64,000 nucleotides of DNA from Patescibacteria group bacterium (GTDB lineage: Bacteria; Patescibacteriota; Patescibacteriia; UBA1558; GWA2-36-10). Shown one piece after another: positions 57,417-64,000 of the stretch. Where the stretch lies: contig JBAYIR010000003.1 of assembly GCA_041665505.1 (NCBI GenBank), positions 45,363 to 109,362 of the forward strand, in the 5' to 3' direction. Under the pieces are notes generated by a model. That model did no database searches. It saw only the letters and a program-made list of their open reading frames with translations, and was not told the DNA's origin. The translations under genes and the position numbers were made by a program. Position 1 is the stretch's first letter. Every line of letters begins with the position of its first letter.

Positions 57417-57689
57417 TTATAAGTTATTTTTAATCCAGGTACTTACATTTACCCCCAAATTTTTCCAGGCAGCGGCTCTATCCGTAACATCAATGATCAA
57501 TATTTTGTCATTGGCATCAAGATATTGTTGTACTGTATTTCTTAGCTGTTCTGCTGTGAGTGACGACTTAATTAACCATAACGATTCTAGGGGTTTTGCC
57601 CAGTTACTGTAGCTTTTTAAATGATGGTGCAAGGTAGAGTAATCCTTGCCAGGCCTAATAAGGTCATAAGATACTAAAAATGTGTTCAT
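57417..57689 (-). CDS. Hypothetical small alpha/beta protein (90 aa)
   Basis: ORF. The pattern V.YDL ... hydrophobic beta strand ... DKILIIDVTD loosely recalls the Cas2/VapD fold, but no array or cas genes are nearby. Confidence 0.4.
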   Translation of the reverse strand: MNTFLVSYDLIRPGKDYSTLHHHLKSYSNWAKPLESLWLIKSSLTAEQLRNTVQQYLDANDKILIIDVTDRAAAWKNLGVNVSTWIKNNL

Positions 57690-57784
57690 TTGATTATAAA
57701 TTAATTATTTTTCAATTCGGCAAAGTAAGTTTAACAAAATGATGAAGACTTGTCAAATCGTATTGAAAAGTCTATACTATCAGT

Positions 57785-58123
57785 ATGATAAATAAACAAA
57801 CCCCAGAACAATTTATTGGTTCCCGTATTAAAGCGGCGCGTGAAAAAAAACGATTTTCTCAGCTAGATTTGGCGAAGCTTCTTGGTTTTCAGTCAGCCAC
57901 CGCTATTTCATTAATAGAAGCTGGTGAAAGAGGTGTCCCAGCTATAATTTTAGAGAAGCTCGGTAAAGTGTTAGATCGTGATATTATGTATTTTTTAGGT
58001 AAAGAAAATACTACTCCAGATATCAAAGTAGCTTTAAGAGCCGACAAAGATCTGTCCGACGAAGACAAGGATGCTTTAAATTTATTTATTGACCTAGCTA
58101 AAAACAGAAAGAAACGTAAATGA
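57785..58123 (+). CDS. XRE-family HTH transcriptional regulator
   Basis: FSQLDLAKLLGFQSATAISLIEAGERGVP is a canonical XRE helix-turn-helix. Confidence 0.85.
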   Translation: MINKQTPEQFIGSRIKAAREKKRFSQLDLAKLLGFQSATAISLIEAGERGVPAIILEKLGKVLDRDIMYFLGKENTTPDIKVALRADKDLSDEDKDALNLFIDLAKNRKKRK

Positions 58124-58620
58124 ATGGAGAAATCACGGATTTAGGTCCACGTAAAAAAAGTGCAAAAATTATTGCCCAAAAACTTATAAAAGAAGCCGGA
58201 GTAAAAGCTGCTCCGGTTTCTTTACAATGTATTATAGAGCATCTTCAGTTAACACATGATCTTGAGGTTCGTCGAATTTTTACTAGTAAAAAGGTTTCTG
58301 GATTGCTTGTAGTCTGCAGTGAAATGGACAAAGAGTATTCAACTATAGGATTCAATGCTAATGATTCTTGGTATCGTAGGAGATTTACAATAGCACATGA
58401 AATTGGTCATCTTCTTTTTGGTCACGCCTGTACTAAGGGCCAAGGTAATGGTTCGCACAACGAAAGAGAGGCCGATGTTTTTGCTGCAGAATTACTTATA
58501 CCCACAAAACTTATAAAGATGGATTTTAAACAATTACCCAATTTACAGCAACTTTCTAATCTTTATAGAGTAAGCCAGCAAGCACTTACTATAAAGTTAA
58601 TAGAATGTCGGTTGGTGTGA
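58120..58620 (+). CDS. ImmA/IrrE-family metallopeptidase
   Basis: HEIGHLLFGH (HEXXH) preceded by RRRFTIA. A 4-nt overlap with the XRE gene, the classic XRE/ImmA pair. Confidence 0.8.
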   Translation: MNGEITDLGPRKKSAKIIAQKLIKEAGVKAAPVSLQCIIEHLQLTHDLEVRRIFTSKKVSGLLVVCSEMDKEYSTIGFNANDSWYRRRFTIAHEIGHLLFGHACTKGQGNGSHNEREADVFAAELLIPTKLIKMDFKQLPNLQQLSNLYRVSQQALTIKLIECRLV

Positions 58621-58647
58621 AGTTAAAAAATTAAAGTTTTTAATATA

Positions 58648-59313
58648 ATGGGTTTGTCTCAGGATAGAATTAAAGAATTTAAAGAACTTCTTGAAAAAAA
58701 GACAAAAAAAGAGGTTTCTTGGGCTGAAGCAGAAGAAGGGGCTAATAATTTAGCTAATTTTTTCAAACTTCTTTATGATCAGGAAGTAATAGAGAAAAAA
58801 CGTCAAATAAGGCTAGAAAAGGAGCCAAAAGGCTTTCATTTAGAGGGTAAAGGTTACACTTGTGCTATTTGTAAAAGGCCTATATCAGACGAAGAAACTT
58901 GGTATGATAAATGGGGTATTAAATGCCCAATATGCCAAAAAGCTATAAATAAAAGGATTATCCCTGGATCTGTGGCTAAAAATGATAATAGTTGGTACTC
59001 AAAATATGATTTAGAAAGTCGTTTTAATATAGATAGATATGCTATAAAACGATTTATTAAAGAGGGTGTTTTAAAACCTCGAATTGTCCCTAGCACATCA
59101 GGAAGACCACATGTATATCTATTTTTGATTAAGGACAACAAAGAAGTGCTACCACCTAAAAAATTAACAGAATCTCAACTAGTAAAAGAAATTAAAGAGG
59201 ATGGTAAAGAATGGCTTCGCTTAGAGCCGTGGTATAGGTTTGTTGATCCTTTTAAACATTTAGAGGGGTATAAAATTATGGAGTATTTAAAGTTTACAAA
59301 AGATAAGGCATGA
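58648..59313 (+). CDS. Hypothetical zinc-ribbon protein
   Basis: CAICKRP ... CPICQK pairs (CxxC ... CxxC); 221 aa; overlaps the next gene by 4 nt. Confidence 0.5.
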   Translation: MGLSQDRIKEFKELLEKKTKKEVSWAEAEEGANNLANFFKLLYDQEVIEKKRQIRLEKEPKGFHLEGKGYTCAICKRPISDEETWYDKWGIKCPICQKAINKRIIPGSVAKNDNSWYSKYDLESRFNIDRYAIKRFIKEGVLKPRIVPSTSGRPHVYLFLIKDNKEVLPPKKLTESQLVKEIKEDGKEWLRLEPWYRFVDPFKHLEGYKIMEYLKFTKDKA

Positions 59314-62015
59314 ATAAAATTGATACTAAAATTTTAGATATTGATAAAGTAATATGTAAAAATATTGATAGATTTGATGACTCTGAAAGAGGTTTACTAT
59401 CTCAAAATATCTTATCTCAACTTAGAAATTTTGTTGAGCATATTTCGTTAAAAGTACACAGTAATGGGAAAGATATTGAAAATACATATGAAAATATTCA
59501 GATAGCTAATGCTTATGTAAGAACAAGGGGTGAATTAAAATTTTTAAGTAAATTTCATAAACTTCTACAAATCACAGCCTCTCATTACACACTTGATACA
59601 GAAAACTCTGAAAGACTGATGTTAAAATATTATGAATACTTGCTTAAAATAAAGTTATATCTCAAGGATAATCACAATTTGGAGGTTCTGAAAAACATTG
59701 ATTCTTTTCCCATCAACACAGATACTGTGTTGCAAGAATACTATAAAAAAATAGTTGAAAAGATTAATCAATCAAAATCAACAAAGGCAGAAAATGATTA
59801 TGATAGATATTATATTCAGAAAATAAAACCATTTTTTGTTGAGTATAAAGTATATTATGAAGTTACTTTTACAGCAGCTAATGATAAGGCAAGTAAATTC
59901 GATAGAGTTATCGCATTCACGAAATTTGATATTTCACACAACTATGCTGTAAAACTTTCTGTAAGTAATGATACTATACAAATTTTAGATAAAAATATGC
60001 CCATTCAAATTATTGATGATTGGGAGGTGTCAATTCGTCCATGCGAGCTAAATAATTTTGCCAGCATATTTTTAGGAAATCGTTCAGGCATACAAAGCAA
60101 CTACAGTGAATACCGTAATCTAATGACATTTTTAACTAAAACGGGGTTAAATCTAGTTGAATTTATTGACTCCGCAGACGATTATTATAAAAAAATAAGA
60201 AGTCTTATAATTAAGGAAGCTAAAGCCGTTTATTTGTTTAATATTTTGGATAAGTGTCGCGAGTTAACACAAAGCAATAAATCAGGAAACAATGTTATTA
60301 GGTATTTATTATATAATTTGAATAATAAAATAATAAAACAACAACATAAATTTGGAGGTTGCCACCTATTATCAGATTTACATCTTGAATATGGATGTAT
60401 ACCTTTTGATAAAATGCCATTTAACACTTCCTTAATAGAACATAATCCAAAAATTTCTGATTTATTCGATTGTCTAGATTCAAGTAATAGAGAACATGAG
60501 ATATTTGCTAGGTTTATAAAAAATAATACTGAAACAAAGGGGCAGTTGTATACTCCTAAAAAAAATATCACTAGCTTTGAAAATATAGACAATCTTATGC
60601 AGTTATATAATGATAGTCTATATTATAAACATGCCCATCGTAAACTCGAAGAATATAAAAATCATATTTATATAAAGGGTTATGAAGAAGGCGCCTTCCA
60701 TATTATTAAAAATTTAAAAGACCTATCTTCTACGGGGATCAAAAATTATAAAAATTCTGTAAATTCTTGGTTAAAAACATCTGCATATGAAATTGATTGT
60801 GACGATAAAAAAGAAGCCTTAAGAAACATGTTTGAAAAATCAAGAGTAGCTTTAATATATGGTCCTGCTGGAACAGGAAAATCAACTATGATAAATCACG
60901 TATCTAACTTTCTCAATAATTACAGAAAACTATATTTGGCTAATACTAACCCGGCAGTCGAAAATCTAAAAAGAAGAGTTAACGCTTCTAACAGCACTAT
61001 TAAAACTATTACTAAATTTTTATCTGCTAGAAATGAAGATGTTGAATTTGATGTATTAATAATTGATGAATGTAGTACGGTTAGCAATTCTGATATGCAT
61101 AAAATTTTGGATAAAGCATCATTCGAATTATTAGTCTTAGTAGGAGATGTTTTTCAAATAGAGTCTATACTTTTCGGAAATTGGTTTAATATAGTACAGT
61201 CTTTCGTTCCAGAAACTTCAATATTTGAATTAACTAAACCATATCGTAGCAAAAATCCTAAGTTACTTAATCTATGGGATAAAGTCAGAAATATAGATGA
61301 TGATATAGATGAACAAATTACAAAACATAATTATTCAGCTACTTTAAATGAATCTTTTTTTACTAGTTCTGATGAAGATGAGATAATCCTGTGTCTTAAC
61401 TATGATGGACTTTATGGCATAAATAATATAAATAAATTTTTACAAAGTGATAATAAGAATAAACCAATAAATTGGGGTGTTCATACATATAAAGTTAATG
61501 ATCCTATATTATTTAATGAGTCAGAAAGATTTACACCTTTGATTTATAATAACTTAAAAGGAAAAATAGTCGGCATAAAAAAATTTAGTGACAAAATACA
61601 ATTTGATATTGAGATAGATAAGGCCATAAACCAGTTTGAAGCCGATAGATATGATTTTGAATTAATTGGTGATTCTAATAATGGTAACTCAATAATCCGT
61701 TTTTTTGTTAATAAGCATGGAAGTACGGATGAAGATGATGATTCATATTCAAATACTATAGTCCCTTTTCAAGTCGCTTATGCCGTATCAATACATAAAG
61801 CTCAAGGTTTAGAGTACAATTCAGTTAAAATTGTTATTATAGACGAAACGGAAGAAATGATTACCCATAATATTTTTTATACTGCTATAACAAGAGCTAG
61901 GGAAAAGTTAAAAATATACTGGACACCGGAAACTGGGCAAAAGATATTAAGCAATCTTGAGAGGAGAAATAACGGGAAAGATGCTAAATTATTAGCATTA
62001 AAATTTAATCTTTAA
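59310..62015 (+). CDS. SF1 DNA helicase (RecD/Pif1-like AAA_30 plus UvrD_C_2) with an uncharacterised ~480-aa N-terminal domain
   Basis: Walker A ALIYGPAGTGKST, Walker B VLIIDECSTVS, and C-terminal AYAVSIHKAQGLEYNSVKIV ... YTAITRAREKL typical of RecD/TraA-like SF1 helicases. Confidence 0.75.
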   Translation: MNKIDTKILDIDKVICKNIDRFDDSERGLLSQNILSQLRNFVEHISLKVHSNGKDIENTYENIQIANAYVRTRGELKFLSKFHKLLQITASHYTLDTENSERLMLKYYEYLLKIKLYLKDNHNLEVLKNIDSFPINTDTVLQEYYKKIVEKINQSKSTKAENDYDRYYIQKIKPFFVEYKVYYEVTFTAANDKASKFDRVIAFTKFDISHNYAVKLSVSNDTIQILDKNMPIQIIDDWEVSIRPCELNNFASIFLGNRSGIQSNYSEYRNLMTFLTKTGLNLVEFIDSADDYYKKIRSLIIKEAKAVYLFNILDKCRELTQSNKSGNNVIRYLLYNLNNKIIKQQHKFGGCHLLSDLHLEYGCIPFDKMPFNTSLIEHNPKISDLFDCLDSSNREHEIFARFIKNNTETKGQLYTPKKNITSFENIDNLMQLYNDSLYYKHAHRKLEEYKNHIYIKGYEEGAFHIIKNLKDLSSTGIKNYKNSVNSWLKTSAYEIDCDDKKEALRNMFEKSRVALIYGPAGTGKSTMINHVSNFLNNYRKLYLANTNPAVENLKRRVNASNSTIKTITKFLSARNEDVEFDVLIIDECSTVSNSDMHKILDKASFELLVLVGDVFQIESILFGNWFNIVQSFVPETSIFELTKPYRSKNPKLLNLWDKVRNIDDDIDEQITKHNYSATLNESFFTSSDEDEIILCLNYDGLYGINNINKFLQSDNKNKPINWGVHTYKVNDPILFNESERFTPLIYNNLKGKIVGIKKFSDKIQFDIEIDKAINQFEADRYDFELIGDSNNGNSIIRFFVNKHGSTDEDDDSYSNTIVPFQVAYAVSIHKAQGLEYNSVKIVIIDETEEMITHNIFYTAITRAREKLKIYWTPETGQKILSNLERRNNGKDAKLLALKFNL

Positions 62016-62188
62016 GCCCTATATTTATAAAAATTACAGCTAAATGTAACTTTATACTGGCTTGCCGTGTCACTTTTGTCACTTTTTTATAAAAATAAGG
62101 CGCACGAGGATCTATTGATTTGTAAAATTATAATATAGTAAAATAACCTTACTGGGCTTATTCGGAATACGGTTCCAGCCCGAAGTAG

Positions 62189-62320
62189 CCCGCCATTCAA
62201 TTCCGTCGCGTATGACGCGATTCCACTCATGGCCTTCGGCCACTTATTTGGTATATAAAGTGATAAGTTATCGAATGTCCTGAGCGAGTGAACAAAGTGA
62301 ACGAGTCGAAGGGCACTCGT
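62189..62320 (+). repeat. Repeat R1 copy 2, preceded by a degenerate tRNA-Ser(TGA)-like 3' half; right junction of the accessory region
   Basis: 62150-62197 cggaatacggttccagcccgaagtagcccgcca resembles the variable/T/acceptor 3' part of tRNA-Ser. A 95-nt segment ~93% identical to 38556-38650 follows, then the att/terminator module (62315-62375). Confidence 0.6.
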
Positions 62321-62404
62321 GCTAACACGAAGTACTTAAGAAAACAGCTTCTCAGGTAAGCCGTTTTTTGTTATTATAAAGATAATTAATATTTAGATTA
62401 TTGT

Positions 62405-63004
62405 ATGTCAGATATCCCAATAAAATTAGATTTTTTTAGAAAATTAGAGCTATTTCAACAATTGATAGTTCTAAATAGAAGATCTAAAAATGGTAATGAT
62501 TATGTTAAAAAAAATTGGAGAATGGAGAAGAAAATTCTCAGATGGGCTAGTAAAAATTCTCATATATTGTCAATACCATTTGATATGGATCATATTTATT
62601 TTGAATTTTATCAAGAAGAATATGATGACACTAAGACACGCTTACTTAGAAAATTTGTTAATGAGAATAAGCTGGATTCTTATGATATTACAGAAGAACA
62701 TGAACAAATAATAGAAAAGCAAACTAAAAATTATTTTGAAGAAAAGTATGGTGAGTTTAAATATATTTTTGGTAATCTGGTACATAGGGGTTTTGCAGAA
62801 TATTCCTCTAAAAAATTTAATAATTATGAAATATTTATAACACAAACAGGTCTTTTGATGGGCAACGTAATAGATGATTATGAAGGTTCTATTTTCTGGT
62901 TAAAATATCCCTTGTTTATAATAATAGTTTGGATTTTTGTTATATCAGTGATTATTATAACCATATCACAAGCAATTAGTGTTTTTTTGTTTGATCTTAG
63001 ATAA
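62405..63004 (+). CDS. Hypothetical protein with a C-terminal TM helix
   Basis: 199-aa ORF with C-terminal LFIIIVWIFVISVIIITISQAISVFLF. Confidence 0.45.
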   Translation: MSDIPIKLDFFRKLELFQQLIVLNRRSKNGNDYVKKNWRMEKKILRWASKNSHILSIPFDMDHIYFEFYQEEYDDTKTRLLRKFVNENKLDSYDITEEHEQIIEKQTKNYFEEKYGEFKYIFGNLVHRGFAEYSSKKFNNYEIFITQTGLLMGNVIDDYEGSIFWLKYPLFIIIVWIFVISVIIITISQAISVFLFDLR

Positions 63005-63028
63005 AAATAAATGAATATTTAACTATTA

Positions 63029-63057
63029 TTGACAAAATCATTACAAAATAATATACT
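63029..63057 (+). promoter_or_regulatory. Near-consensus sigma70 promoter
   Basis: TTGACA, 17-nt spacer, TATACT, followed by a tctgg..ccaga hairpin and a GGGAGA RBS 7 nt before the ATG at 63118. Confidence 0.5.
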
Positions 63058-63117
63058 GTTTTGATTCTGGTAATCCTGCCAGAATGTTTGTACACACTCG
63101 TGATAGGGAGATCCATC

Positions 63118-63351
63118 ATGGACGACCAAGCACCAGATACCACCCCGGGCACCACCACTCCTGGAACTCCGCCCACGGACAGTGAGAACAGCACCTACCT
63201 TCGGGACCTCCTGGACGATCCCGAGCACTTCAAGCTGACGGCTCAGGTGACCAGGCGTCACTACGAGGCGCTCTGCGAGGTCGGCTTCACGCCGGATCAG
63301 GCCGTCAAGATCGTGTCTCACAACATGATGATGTTGCCCTGTTCCTGTTGA
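63118..63351 (+). CDS. Small (77 aa) protein encoded in a ~60% GC segment; function unknown
   Basis: ATG with a good RBS. GC-rich third codon positions (gac/acc/ccg/ggc ...). Thr/Pro-rich N-terminus then HYEALCEVGFTPDQAVKIV. Followed by a 13-bp GC hairpin (ccggaccgccaac ... gttggcggtccgg) and an AT-rich terminator at 63404-63433. Confidence 0.45.
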   Translation: MDDQAPDTTPGTTTPGTPPTDSENSTYLRDLLDDPEHFKLTAQVTRRHYEALCEVGFTPDQAVKIVSHNMMMLPCSC

Positions 63352-63403
63352 TCGACGTGCGTACCCGGACCGCCAACATAGTTAGTTGGCGGTCCGGGGC
63401 ACT

Positions 63404-63433
63404 TTACACAGCCAATACTGTTTTTAACAGTAT
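63404..63433 (+). terminator. Rho-independent terminator
   Basis: aatactgtt-ttt-aacagtatt 9-bp stem followed by a T-run. Confidence 0.55.
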
Positions 63434-63545
63434 TTTTTGTTTTTATTTTAGCTTGATTTAATGTATAATTAAGCTTAATATATACTAAGATACATCAGAA
63501 TAGCTTATCTATTATACTACTAAAATTTGAAACAAAAATATTGTT

Positions 63546-64000
63546 ATGAGAATTGGTTTTTTTACGGAGATATATCTACCACATCTTAATGGAATTACCA
63601 TTAGTTTAATTTTTGCTAAAAAAGAATTAGAAAAAAGAGGCCATCAAGTATATATTTTTACTCCAAAAATAGCTGGTTATAAAGATAAAGAAAATAATAT
63701 CATCCGCCTACGTTCTATAGCCATCCTTAATCCAGAACTAGAACTAAAACTTCCTATATCAGCCATTGATGTTCGTAAAATTCTTAAACTAAAATTAGAT
63801 GTTGTCCATGGTCATGGCTGTGGGCTAGTGAGTATCCTTGGTTATGAGTTAGCTCTGACCAAAGGATATCCTTATGTTTTTACTTATCACACCTATTTAG
63901 AAAAATATACCCACTACTTTTTTTTAAAAAATAAAAAAATAACTAATAAAATAGCCAAAAATAGCAGCCGTTTTATCTGTAATGTCAGCGATCTAGTAAT
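63546..64000 (+). CDS. Glycosyltransferase family 4 (N-terminal part; gene continues beyond the window)
   Basis: MRIGFFTEIYLPHLNGITISLIFAKKELEKRGHQVYIFTPK is the typical GT4 N-terminal domain. The frame is open to the window end. Confidence 0.7.
   Translation, partial: MRIGFFTEIYLPHLNGITISLIFAKKELEKRGHQVYIFTPKIAGYKDKENNIIRLRSIAILNPELELKLPISAIDVRKILKLKLDVVHGHGCGLVSILGYELALTKGYPYVFTYHTYLEKYTHYFFLKNKKITNKIAKNSSRFICNVSDLV

Noticed and set aside
63019-63321. Minus-strand 100-aa ORF in the GC-rich mini-island
   Set aside because: It runs into the AT-rich promoter region. The plus-strand ORF has a consensus promoter, an RBS and a terminator in the correct orientation.

Overview
This 64-kb window is AT-rich (roughly 30-33% GC by eye) and has two parts. 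Gene content throughout suggests a Patescibacteria/CPR-like or similar reduced Gram-positive-type genome; this is inference.

Positions 1 to ~38.3 kb look like core chromosome:
- a 5'-truncated cation:proton antiporter, a CaCA Ca2+/Na+ antiporter, an M23/LysM peptidase, leuS, tsaC, an MFS transporter and rsmA
- a ~2.9k-aa secreted cysteine-rich giant protein, followed by a VirB6/TrbL-like polytopic protein with a long charged tail
- an rpsF-ssb-rpsR-efp cluster
- an 8-gene Gram-positive-type T4SS-like operon: PrgI/VirB3-like, a VirB4 split into two translationally coupled ORFs, VirB8-like, TolB-like, and a VirB2-like pilin with a Cys-rich extension
- recG

Positions ~38.3 to 62.4 kb are a tRNA-associated mosaic accessory region:
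- tRNA-Ser(TGA), tRNA-Arg and tRNA-Ser(GCT)
- a small GIY-YIG nuclease cassette inserted into the 5' end of a tRNA-Ser gene, with an ORF-less miniature copy at the other tRNA-Ser
- att-like repeats made of tRNA-Ser 3' fragments plus terminator
- an ABC exporter with a MarR regulator
- a defense island: TM protein, DUF4238 protein, Sau3AI/MutH-like endonuclease, C5-MTase and a large serine recombinase
- a ~48% GC foreign gene (M23-PKD-LVIVD-T9SS C-terminal sorting domain) flanked by 65-nt dyad-containing direct repeats
- a phage-derived module: terminase small and large subunits, ParB-domain DNA MTase, XRE/ImmA pair and an SF1 helicase

The window ends with a ~60% GC mini-cassette (consensus sigma70 promoter, small ORF, hairpin) and a partial GT4 glycosyltransferase. 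No rRNA or CRISPR array was seen. All calls come from reading the sequence and ORF translations; no database searches were run.
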